From contig CAZMIQ010000001.1 in NCBI GenBank assembly GCA_964566525.1, positions 1 through 34,299 of the forward strand: a stretch of DNA of 34,299 bases. The letters are read 5' to 3'. A program made the translations under genes and the position numbers. Positions 8,356 through 16,185 of this stretch are shown one piece after another (position 1 is the stretch's first letter; each line of letters starts with the position of its first letter). The notes beneath the pieces are model-generated. The model saw only the letters and a program-made list of their open reading frames with translations, made no database searches and had not been told where the DNA came from. This DNA comes from an uncultured Pseudomonadales bacterium. GTDB taxonomy: Bacteria > Patescibacteriota > Microgenomatia > UBA1400 > PJMF01.

Positions 8356-8395
8356 AGTTTACCTCGAAATCAAGATATTGTCAAGAGGCAATTTT
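8356..8395 (-). promoter_or_regulatory. Sigma70-type promoter TTGACA-17-TAAACT carrying copy 1 of an 18-nt motif
   Basis: Minus strand reads AAAATTGCCTCTTGACAatatcttgatttcgaggTAAACT. -35 at 8379-8384, -10 at 8356-8361. Confidence 0.6.
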
Positions 8396-8876
8396 ATTCT
8401 TTAATTTCGCCACTTAAGACAATTTTTTCTCCATCCCGCACCTGAATTGAAATTGGCAAATTTGCCTTGTTAACCGCAGTAGAGACCATAATTCCGCCTT
8501 TGTGCCATTGGAAGTTTTTGACAAAAACATAGTCAGAATTCTGTTTATCTTTGAGATAAAGTTGATAGACTTGCTGGTTGTCGGTGGGCAAATTAGCATT
8601 GATGGAGAGTAAAACTTTATCGTCTTGAATTTCATAGCGGATCTCACCAAGTCCATGATCGCTCTCTAATTCTAATTTTTTATAATTACCTTCGCCTTTT
8701 TTGAGTTTTTCTAAGGCTTCTAATTCTGCAGTGCTTAATTCTTCAATTTCAGTCCCCGCAGTGACTTCTGGCACTGCCATTTTTTCTTCTGTTCTTTCTT
8801 TATACCAACGATTAGCGAAGAAAACGACAGCAAATAAAGCAATAGCTGGAAGAATAAATGGTAATAACTTTTTCAT
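8394..8876 (-). CDS. Membrane-anchored hypothetical protein (160 aa)
   Basis: N-terminal TM helix LLPFILPAIALFAVVFFA, then an acidic coiled segment and a beta-rich C-terminus. GAAAGG lies upstream. Confidence 0.6.
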   Translation of the reverse strand: MKKLLPFILPAIALFAVVFFANRWYKERTEEKMAVPEVTAGTEIEELSTAELEALEKLKKGEGNYKKLELESDHGLGEIRYEIQDDKVLLSINANLPTDNQQVYQLYLKDKQNSDYVFVKNFQWHKGGIMVSTAVNKANLPISIQVRDGEKIVLSGEIKE

Positions 8877-8909
8877 AATAAAATGGACCTTTCTATATCA
8901 TTATTATTG

Positions 8910-8949
8910 TATTTTCCACAAAAATGGCAATTTGTCAAGAGGCAATTTT
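8910..8949 (-). promoter_or_regulatory. Promoter region carrying copy 2 of the 18-nt motif (TTGACA -35; weak TGgAAAATA -10)
   Basis: Minus strand reads AAAATTGCCTCTTGACAaattgccatttttgTGgAAAATA. -35 at 8933-8938. Confidence 0.45.
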
Positions 8950-9120
8950 TAATAATATTGATAAATCAATTAAAATTGCTAGTTATGTCAATAATTTTCG
9001 TGAATTTTTAGTGATGAAGATAAACTAATGTTCGAGTTTGAGCACAATAATCAGATTTTGCTATGAGGCAAAAAAAAGTTGCTCATAATACAATGTGGCT
9101 TAAATAAGCTAGAATGGACC

Positions 9121-9149
9121 TTGACTTTCGGCAGGGCATTGTTTATAAT
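9121..9149 (+). promoter_or_regulatory. Sigma70-type promoter TTGACT-17-TATAAT
   Basis: TTGACT 9121-9126, 17-nt spacer, TATAAT 9144-9149, upstream of the TM2-domain gene. Confidence 0.6.
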
Positions 9150-9164
9150 TAAACCAATTATTAA

Positions 9165-9584
9165 ATGAAAGGCAATATGTCAAAGAAAATATGTGCAGAA
9201 TGTAAATTTGAGTCACCGGAAGAAGCAAAATTTTGTTTAAAATGTGGAGCAAAATTAAAAGAAGAAAAAGGTGAAAAAAATAAGACTGAAGAAACTAAAG
9301 AAAAAGAGACAGTGATTAAATTAGAAATACCAATCGGGCCTAAATCGAGAATTGCAGCCGGTTTGTTGGCTGTTTTTGTGGGTACATTTGGCATACATAA
9401 TTTTTATTTGGGCTATAATAAAAGGGGTCTAACTCAACTTTTACTTTCGGTGGTGGGTGGAGTTTTGACTTGCGGTTTGGCTTCAATGGTAGTTGGGATT
9501 TGGGCTTTAGTCGAAGGCATATTGATTTTTACTAAAGCGGACGGCTATACGGTGGATGCGGAAGGCAAGCCTTTGGGTGACTAA
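9165..9584 (+). CDS. Zinc-ribbon plus TM2-domain membrane protein
   Basis: CAECKF...CLKCGAKL zinc ribbon. TM2-like block AAGLLAVFVGTFGIHNFYLGYNKRGLTQLLL. ATG 9177 is an alternative start (AAAGG 5 nt upstream). Confidence 0.8.
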   Translation: MKGNMSKKICAECKFESPEEAKFCLKCGAKLKEEKGEKNKTEETKEKETVIKLEIPIGPKSRIAAGLLAVFVGTFGIHNFYLGYNKRGLTQLLLSVVGGVLTCGLASMVVGIWALVEGILIFTKADGYTVDAEGKPLGD

Positions 9585-9936
9585 GTGGGTTAAAAATAAA
9601 AAAGCTGTTTTTATAATTCAGCTTTTTTTTTGTCTAATAGTTGCTTGTTTTTTTGTCTTTTTGCCAGAAAATTATTTTGTCGAACATGACTATCAACTAT
9701 GTTGGTGGCGGAGATTAACTGGTCTCCCCTGCCTTGGCTGTGGAAGCATGAGAGCGACCAGTGCTTTATTTCATGGTGATTTAAGGAGCGCTTGGCATTA
9801 TAATCCTTTAATATTTTTGTGGCTGGTATTAATCATTGGTTTACAAATATATTTAATAACTGGTATAATGCGTGATCATGCTAGAAAAAATCATTGTCAA
9901 GGGAAAAGAAGTAAAACTACCGATATTCTGTCCTGA
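9556..9936 (+). CDS. DUF2752 family membrane protein
   Basis: LTGLPCLGCGSMRATSALFHGD matches the C-P-x-C-G-x-T-R signature of DUF2752, flanked by TM helices. The start codon is uncertain (ATG 9556 or GTG 9577). Confidence 0.7.
   Translation: MRKASLWVTKWVKNKKAVFIIQLFFCLIVACFFVFLPENYFVEHDYQLCWWRRLTGLPCLGCGSMRATSALFHGDLRSAWHYNPLIFLWLVLIIGLQIYLITGIMRDHARKNHCQGKRSKTTDILS
9861..9869 (+). promoter_or_regulatory. Extended -10 (TGgTATAAT) 8 nt upstream of ATG 9878 of tgt
   Basis: Plus strand reads cTGgTATAATgcgtgatcATG. Confidence 0.55.
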
Positions 9937-10945
9937 TGCGACTAGAGGGGTGGTGCGTAGCCTTAGTAGTCAAGATTTAAATAATGCTCAGGTCAAAGGA
10001 GTAATTGTGAATACTTGGCATTTGCATCAAAAACCTGGTGAGATTAAATTAGCACAATTGGGCGGGATTAAAAAATTAATGAATTATAATGAATTAGTCA
10101 TTTCTGATTCTGGTGGCTTTCAGGTTTTTTCCTTATTTCAAAAAAAAAGTGATTTTGGAAAAATTACTGATGAAGGCTTGATAACATATACTGGCAAAAA
10201 TAAGCAGAAAAGATTGCTTTTCACCCCAGAGAATTCAATTCAAATGCAATTTGCGATTGGGAGTGATATTATGATTTGCTTGGATGATTTTACCCCGCCT
10301 GAGGCAGATGAAAAGCGACAAATTGAAAGCGTTGAGCGGACTTTAGCTTGGGCAAAAAGGTGCAAAAATGAATTTTTGAAGAAATGTCAAGAAAATAAAT
10401 TGAGTGAAAAAAATCGACCTTGGCTTTTTGGAGTGATACAAGGTCATCGTAATTTAGAGTTGCGGAGATATTGCGCTCGAGAGCTATTGAAAATTGGTTT
10501 TGATGGCTTCGGTTTAGGTGGCTGGTTGTTTGATGAAAATGGGAAATTAGATTTGTCAATTTGCGCAGCAAATGCTAAATTAACCCCAGATGATTTACCA
10601 CGTTATGCTTTGGGCTTTGGTAAACCTGATGAAATTAGTCAACTTTCTCGCCAAGGTTACACTATTTTTGATTGTGTCTTACCGACGAGAGACGCCAGAC
10701 ATGGTCGATTTTATATTAGTGACGCTGTAAGTGAAAAAGGTTATCAATTTCTACATATTAATAAAGGCAAATATGAAATGGACAACTTACCAATAGACCC
10801 CAATTGCGACTGTCAAACTTGCCAAAATCATAGTCGGGCTTACTTACATCATTTATTTAAAATTGGTGACAGTGCTTTTTATCGGCTAGCAACGATTCAT
10901 AATTTGAGATTTTATACTCATTGGTGTGAACAGGAACAAAAATAA
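9878..10945 (+). CDS. tgt: tRNA-guanine transglycosylase (queuine tRNA-ribosyltransferase), divergent
   Basis: DSGGFQVFSL, ICLDDF and FDCVLPTRDARHG catalytic blocks. Zn site CDCQTCQNH...H. The track ORF begins at GTG 9872. Confidence 0.85.
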   Translation: MLEKIIVKGKEVKLPIFCPDATRGVVRSLSSQDLNNAQVKGVIVNTWHLHQKPGEIKLAQLGGIKKLMNYNELVISDSGGFQVFSLFQKKSDFGKITDEGLITYTGKNKQKRLLFTPENSIQMQFAIGSDIMICLDDFTPPEADEKRQIESVERTLAWAKRCKNEFLKKCQENKLSEKNRPWLFGVIQGHRNLELRRYCARELLKIGFDGFGLGGWLFDENGKLDLSICAANAKLTPDDLPRYALGFGKPDEISQLSRQGYTIFDCVLPTRDARHGRFYISDAVSEKGYQFLHINKGKYEMDNLPIDPNCDCQTCQNHSRAYLHHLFKIGDSAFYRLATIHNLRFYTHWCEQEQK

Positions 10946-10954
10946 GAGTTTGGG

Positions 10955-12709
10955 TTAATGGACATTGAAAATTACGAAAAGTTTCTCCGCCATTTCTTTC
11001 CAAGTAACCGCCGCTGTTTCGGCCGCCCAAGGTGAAGATTTTGGTCGTTCAAATTTAACCAACATGAGGAATTGTGGATCATAATAGGGTGCGAAGCCGA
11101 TAAAACTAGCGATGGTTTCATCTTTGGAGTATTTACCTTGCAAAGGGATTTGAGCAGTGCCAGTTTTACCAGCAATTAAATTAGTACTTTTGTAGATGTA
11201 CTGAGCTTCACCATATTGAGCGGCTGCTTGCATCATTTGAGAGACCGTTTTGGCGCTGCTAGCTGAGATAACTTGCTCTATAACTTCTGGTTCGGTTTGA
11301 TAATATTGATTACTACTCTTGTCATAAGCTTGATCAACGATATACAATCTCATCATTTTACCCTCATTAGCAATGGCGCCAACTGCTCTCACTAATTGCA
11401 AACTTGATAAACTAATACCTTGCCCAAATGAACGAGTAGCCACTTCTACTGGTCCCCATACTTCTGGAAAATTAGGTTTAACGTCATCTTGAACTTCCAA
11501 ATTTAATGGTTGTCCAAGGCCAAACTTTTTGAGATAATTTTTAAAACGGTCGGTGCCTAAGAGGTCGGTAATATAGACCATGGCTGTATTATCTGATTTT
11601 TCTAATGCTTGGGTCATAGTGATTTGAGGATAATAAACATTATTCCAAGTTCTAATAGTAGCGTCAGCGACTTTTCTGGGACCTTGGCATTTTTGACACT
11701 TAGTATCTGGGCTAATCACTTGAGAATCAATGCCGGCAGCAACTGTTAAAATTTTAAAAGTAGAGCCTGGTTCAAATAAATCAGTGGCCGCTGGATTTTT
11801 ATATAAATTGGCGTCAAAAAGTGGGTATTGATCAGGATTGTAGGTAGGACTAGTGGCTAAAGCTAGAATTTTACCGGTTTTAGGATCGGTAATAATGATT
11901 TCTCCTCGGCTAGCACCATATTTTTCCATGCCTTGATTTAAAGCATCCTCAGCTAAAATTTGTAAATCACGCCTAATGGTTAAATAAATGTCTCGACCGT
12001 CAAGATTTTGTTGCAATAAACCACTATTTAAATGAATCGGGTTCTTGTAGACATCAACGTCAAGGAGCGCTTGACTGGTTTTACCCTCCAACTCTTTGTT
12101 TAGTCCACCCTCAATGCCATAATGTCCAGAGCTACCGTCTTTGCTGAGAAAACCAATTGTGTGAGCTGCCATGCTCGCTTCTGGATAAAACCTAACTAGT
12201 TCTGCTTCAAAAACTAAACCGCTTAAATTCAAGGCGTCAATCTTTTCTTTGGTTTTTTGGCTGATTTTTTGTGCTAAAACCACAATACCTTGAGTGTTTT
12301 TTTTCTCTGACATTTGCTGGGCAAATAGAGTGGCTGATTTGAGTGTAGGAGCGGCTTGAGAATCATCAAGGATGAGGGGTTGTAATTGATAATAAAGCCA
12401 TTCAGGGGTGTCTACTTGGCTGGCAGTAGCATAGAGACGATAAATGCGGTGATTACCAACTAACAAATAATTGTCTTGGGTGTAAATCTTGCCTCTTTCA
12501 CCGCTAAAATTCAGTAATTGCTGATGTTGTTTTTGCGATAAAGCTTGATAATGTTGACCTTTAATAATTTGTAAATAATAGTAGCGAGCGAAAAGCAGCA
12601 TAAAAGCCAAAATACTAATAAAGCCAATAAAAGCCTCTCTTTTCGGACAAAGGAGACAAATAGACTGTGGTTTCGTTTGACAATAATTAAGTCGCTTTTG
12701 TCTTGACAT
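10955..12709 (-). CDS. ftsI: Penicillin-binding protein 2/FtsI-type transpeptidase
   Basis: N-terminal TM helix. SxxK (GSTFK), SxN (KSDN) and KTGT motifs in canonical order. Sits after ftsL. Confidence 0.9.
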   Translation of the reverse strand: MSRQKRLNYCQTKPQSICLLCPKREAFIGFISILAFMLLFARYYYLQIIKGQHYQALSQKQHQQLLNFSGERGKIYTQDNYLLVGNHRIYRLYATASQVDTPEWLYYQLQPLILDDSQAAPTLKSATLFAQQMSEKKNTQGIVVLAQKISQKTKEKIDALNLSGLVFEAELVRFYPEASMAAHTIGFLSKDGSSGHYGIEGGLNKELEGKTSQALLDVDVYKNPIHLNSGLLQQNLDGRDIYLTIRRDLQILAEDALNQGMEKYGASRGEIIITDPKTGKILALATSPTYNPDQYPLFDANLYKNPAATDLFEPGSTFKILTVAAGIDSQVISPDTKCQKCQGPRKVADATIRTWNNVYYPQITMTQALEKSDNTAMVYITDLLGTDRFKNYLKKFGLGQPLNLEVQDDVKPNFPEVWGPVEVATRSFGQGISLSSLQLVRAVGAIANEGKMMRLYIVDQAYDKSSNQYYQTEPEVIEQVISASSAKTVSQMMQAAAQYGEAQYIYKSTNLIAGKTGTAQIPLQGKYSKDETIASFIGFAPYYDPQFLMLVKFERPKSSPWAAETAAVTWKEMAEKLFVIFNVH

Positions 12710-12713
12710 GCCA

Positions 12714-12998
12714 TTAAGGTAAATTAGCTAAAATTGGAGCGATAATCACTTCTCTTTTATCAATGTCGACATAATCTTGACCATCAGCTTGTAAAGACAA
12801 ATTGTTGATGGCTTGTTGCGCGGTGATTTTATCTTCTAAAATACTAATATTTTGTTGAAGCTGATAGTTTTCGGCTTGAATTTTTTTGACTTTCAGACTG
12901 GCAGTGATGGTAGTATTACTAGAGAAAACTACAAAAATAGCTTGAGCAACTAAGCCTAAAACAATCAGAAAGCATAAATTGTAAACTATTTTTTTCAT
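12714..12998 (-). CDS. ftsL: FtsL-like cell division protein
   Basis: 94 aa with a single TM helix plus a coiled-coil segment. Lies between rsmH and ftsI. Assigned by synteny and architecture only. Confidence 0.6.
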   Translation of the reverse strand: MKKIVYNLCFLIVLGLVAQAIFVVFSSNTTITASLKVKKIQAENYQLQQNISILEDKITAQQAINNLSLQADGQDYVDIDKREVIIAPILANLP

Positions 12999-13891
12999 AT
13001 AATTTTTTCTAAGACGCGCATTTTCGCTGAGCGTGAGCGATGATTTTCTAGTTCTTGACTATCTGGCACAAATGGTTTCTTGGTGAGTAAATGAGCGGTT
13101 TGAGCTTGGACTTGTTGCTTAAAAAAATGTTTGACTGGTCGGTCTTCACCATCATGGAAGGCAATTACTACGAGTCGTCCATTAATCTGTAAAGCATTGA
13201 AAGCAGCAGGTAAAGCACGAGTGAGATTATTAAGTTCATCATTAACCACTATTCTCAGGGCTTGAAAAACTTTGGTTGCAGGGTGAATTTTTGATTTACC
13301 TTTTTTGACTCGAGCGATTAATTGGGTAAGTTCCTGCGAATTGAGAAAAGCATTAGGTCCTTGTTTTTGGCGATAATTGACAATGGCTTTGGCGATTTTA
13401 CGAGCTTCTAATTCGCCGCCTAAATTGAAAAAAGTCTCAGATAATTGTTTTTCGCTTAAAACTAATAATAAGTCTCTGGCAGTGACGGCTAAACTTTGAT
13501 CTAATCTCATATCTAAGGGGCCGTTTTCGTAAACGCTTAAACCTTTAGCGCCTGACATCAATTGATCGCTGCTAGTGCCTAAATCGAAGATGATGCCGGC
13601 AAAAGGTGAGACAGAGGGTAAAAAGTCTAAAGTGGGCAAATGCTTGCTTAAATTGGCGAAGTTTTGGTGATAAAGATAAAGTGAGTTTTGGGCGATTTCA
13701 GTTTGGAAAGTTTGACAAGCTTGCTCATAGGTTGTTTGATCATATTCATAAGCGACAACTTTGCCGCCTTTTTCGATAATTGCTCGGCTGTGACCGCCAG
13801 CACCAAAGGTGGTATCAAGATACCATGCTCCTGATTTGACGTTTAAAAAATCTAGAGCAGATTGAAGGAAAACGGTTTGATGTGTACTCAT
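12995..13891 (-). CDS. rsmH: 16S rRNA (cytosine1402-N4)-methyltransferase RsmH (MraW)
   Basis: YLDTTFGAGGHSRAI SAM motif. FHDGEDRPVK and SRSAKMRV C-terminal blocks. Follows mraZ. Confidence 0.92.
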   Translation of the reverse strand: MSTHQTVFLQSALDFLNVKSGAWYLDTTFGAGGHSRAIIEKGGKVVAYEYDQTTYEQACQTFQTEIAQNSLYLYHQNFANLSKHLPTLDFLPSVSPFAGIIFDLGTSSDQLMSGAKGLSVYENGPLDMRLDQSLAVTARDLLLVLSEKQLSETFFNLGGELEARKIAKAIVNYRQKQGPNAFLNSQELTQLIARVKKGKSKIHPATKVFQALRIVVNDELNNLTRALPAAFNALQINGRLVVIAFHDGEDRPVKHFFKQQVQAQTAHLLTKKPFVPDSQELENHRSRSAKMRVLEKII

Positions 13892-14307
13892 AGGTCGATT
13901 TTTTCACTACTAATTTCTACTGTTTGGGCCAAATTGTCAAAGAGCTGGTGGTAGCGCTCAGCATCCCAGATTTCGATCCGAGTGAGCGAGCCAACCACGA
14001 CTACTTGTTTTTTCAATTGGGCGTACTTTTGCAAGTCGGGAGAGATGGTAATTCTTCCCTGTGCATCAGGTTTTTGTTCCTGAGCATGACTGGCTAAGTG
14101 GCGGATAATTGCCCGGTGGTCCGCCTTGTAGTATGAAAGTTCGGTGAGTTTAGCCACTTCGCTTTCAAACTGCTTCTGAGCAAAAACAAAGATGCATCCG
14201 TCTAGACCGGCGGTGAGGACCCAATCAGACTGCTGCTGTCGGAAGGATTTAGGAAGACTGAGTCTGCCTTTGCTTTCTAGAGTGTGGTAATAAGTGCCGA
14301 CATACAT
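13888..14307 (-). CDS. mraZ: Transcriptional regulator MraZ
   Basis: Duplicated MraZ/SpoVT-AbrB motifs: ESKGRLSLPKSFR and DAQGRITISPDL. First gene of the proximal dcw block. Confidence 0.92.
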   Translation of the reverse strand: MYVGTYYHTLESKGRLSLPKSFRQQQSDWVLTAGLDGCIFVFAQKQFESEVAKLTELSYYKADHRAIIRHLASHAQEQKPDAQGRITISPDLQKYAQLKKQVVVVGSLTRIEIWDAERYHQLFDNLAQTVEISSEKIDL

Positions 14308-14328
14308 ATTTGTTTTTGTTATAGTGAT

Positions 14329-14362
14329 ATATTACCACTTTTTACCACGATTGTCAATCGTG
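14329..14362 (-). promoter_or_regulatory. mraZ promoter TTGACA-17-TAATAT with embedded palindrome and GTGGTAA direct repeats
   Basis: Minus strand reads CACGATTGACAATCGTGGTAAAAAGTGGTAATAT. -35 at 14352-14357, -10 at 14329-14334. Confidence 0.65.
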
Positions 14363-14411
14363 AGAATTGAAGATAGTTGAAGAAAAGGCGAAAAAAGAGA
14401 AAAATGGTTTG

Positions 14412-14441
14412 AAAATAAAAAAACCCGAGAGGGGATCTCGG
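14412..14441 (-). terminator. Rho-independent terminator ending the RM operon
   Basis: Minus strand reads CCGAGA-TCCCC-TCTCGG-G-TTTTTTTATTTT. Confidence 0.75.
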
Positions 14442-14537
14442 TGGAAAATAATCAAATTGCTTGATTGTTGAGTAAATTAAAATAAGCTAAAAAGTCAATA
14501 ACTAAAGCTATGATTAATTTTTACTTTAGTTAGTTTT

Positions 14538-15290
14538 TCATTCACATTTTTTAAAAACAAATAAGTATTCATGAGCGATTAGTAAAAAATTATGTTTAAT
14601 ACTATTTGTTCTCCAAAAACCAGTTGCTTGACAATTATGCTGTTGTTTGATAATTATTTCTTTAAGTTTAAAACCAACTTTTTGAAATATTTTCATGACT
14701 TCAAAACTCATGGGCTGCATAAAGCCTTTTTGACGAGTGTCACCCATTAAAATAGCACAGAATTTGTCATTTTTTAAAACTCTGTAACTTTCTTGAGCAA
14801 CTTTATGCATGACTTGCAGAAAATCATTAATCTTGAGATGAGATAAATCACCATCGATGTTCTCGCTGTACTTGATGATATTGGCATAAGGGGGATGAGT
14901 GACAATTAAGTCAATGCTATTACTTTCTATGAAGTCTAATTTGGTAGCATCACCCAAATGACATTCGACTTTACTAGATGAATGATATTCAAAATCTATT
15001 GCCTGATGGCAAAGTTTAATAGCTTGTGGGTTGATGTCAACGCCGACAATGTGACGATTTAATAATTTTGCTTCGACTAAAGTGGTGCCTCCGCCGGCAA
15101 ATTGGTCCAATATCGTGTCTCCTTCTTTTGAGTAGCGTAAAATGATATTTCTGGGGATATATGGTGACCAATTGCCGCGATATTTTGAATTATGCGTTGC
15201 CCAATTGCCCCTGTCTGGAAATGACCAATGAGTAGTCATCTGAAGCTCGAAATTGTTTGGTTGAAAATTGTTGGTTTTTTTCATTTTCAA
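14538..15290 (-). CDS. DNA amino-methyltransferase (N6-A/N4-C type), second methylase of the RM cassette
   Basis: SAM motif ILDQFAGGGTTLVEA preceded by WSFP...ATH...IPRNII (N4/N6-methylase-like). Catalytic THPPY lies about 50 aa downstream. Start is TTG 15290 or ATG 15284. Confidence 0.8.
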   Translation of the reverse strand: MKMKKTNNFQPNNFELQMTTHWSFPDRGNWATHNSKYRGNWSPYIPRNIILRYSKEGDTILDQFAGGGTTLVEAKLLNRHIVGVDINPQAIKLCHQAIDFEYHSSSKVECHLGDATKLDFIESNSIDLIVTHPPYANIIKYSENIDGDLSHLKINDFLQVMHKVAQESYRVLKNDKFCAILMGDTRQKGFMQPMSFEVMKIFQKVGFKLKEIIIKQQHNCQATGFWRTNSIKHNFLLIAHEYLFVFKKCE

Positions 15291-15297
15291 AAATATG

Positions 15298-16170
15298 TTA
15301 TTTTATTACTTTATTTAAAACATCATTTTCTAAATCATTAATAGAATATATGTGCTCCATAATATCAAATGTTTCTTCCAAATTATTTTTCGCACTAATC
15401 CAACCGTGACCATCGGTAATCCATAAGAATTCAAAACCTTGGATTTGTTTGGATTCTTGGGCAATTTGTTTATAACTACGTGCAGTTTCATTTAACTTCG
15501 ATCCTCCACCATTATAAAAATTTGCCTCAATACCATAAATGCTCTTGGCGCTTTTAATTACGAAGTCGAATCTTTTAACCGTCTTTCCATGATTAGACAT
15601 GGCAGAAAGATTTAAATTGAATTGCTGCTCAATTTGTTTAATTTGCATTTCTTTAAAGTACGTCTCATCTTTAACATAACCTGATTTTACAATATATTTT
15701 TCTACTAAATCTTCCATTAAATGCCCACCGCGATTTTTTCGTCCATTTGTATCTAACCCCACCTCAACTCCAGTAACGTAGTCAATGAGATTGTTAATTA
15801 AATGATTTTGCATTAAATTGAAAAGTCCTGTTTTACTCATAAATGTTATGTAATTTTCAATTGAATAATTAGGTTGTTTAAAGTTATATATAAAATTTTT
15901 GTTTTCTTCATGAATGTGTATTTCATATGCTCTGACCGCTAATAAAATTGGAATACATTTGATAACTTCTGGATATTGATTGAGAAGATTTTTAAAATCA
16001 ATTTCAATATTCTTAGAACCGATAAGTGAATTAAGAATGTTTAATTCTATTTTTAATTGACTAATGTGCTGATAAACCTTATTAAAATCGACATAATATT
16101 TATAATCTGCGATACTTATTTTAAATTTTGACAACCATTCATCAAAATCTCTCTTTGGCATATTTTTCAT
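15298..16170 (-). CDS. Type II restriction endonuclease, DpnII/MboI family (predicted GATC)
   Basis: N-terminus FDEWLSKFKISIADYKYYVDFNKVYQHISQLKIELNILNSLIGSKNIE closely resembles my recollection of the R.DpnII/R.MboI N-terminal region. Flanked by two methylases. Confidence 0.8.
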   Translation of the reverse strand: MKNMPKRDFDEWLSKFKISIADYKYYVDFNKVYQHISQLKIELNILNSLIGSKNIEIDFKNLLNQYPEVIKCIPILLAVRAYEIHIHEENKNFIYNFKQPNYSIENYITFMSKTGLFNLMQNHLINNLIDYVTGVEVGLDTNGRKNRGGHLMEDLVEKYIVKSGYVKDETYFKEMQIKQIEQQFNLNLSAMSNHGKTVKRFDFVIKSAKSIYGIEANFYNGGGSKLNETARSYKQIAQESKQIQGFEFLWITDGHGWISAKNNLEETFDIMEHIYSINDLENDVLNKVIK

Positions 16171-16185
16171 AATTTTGTTGAATTT

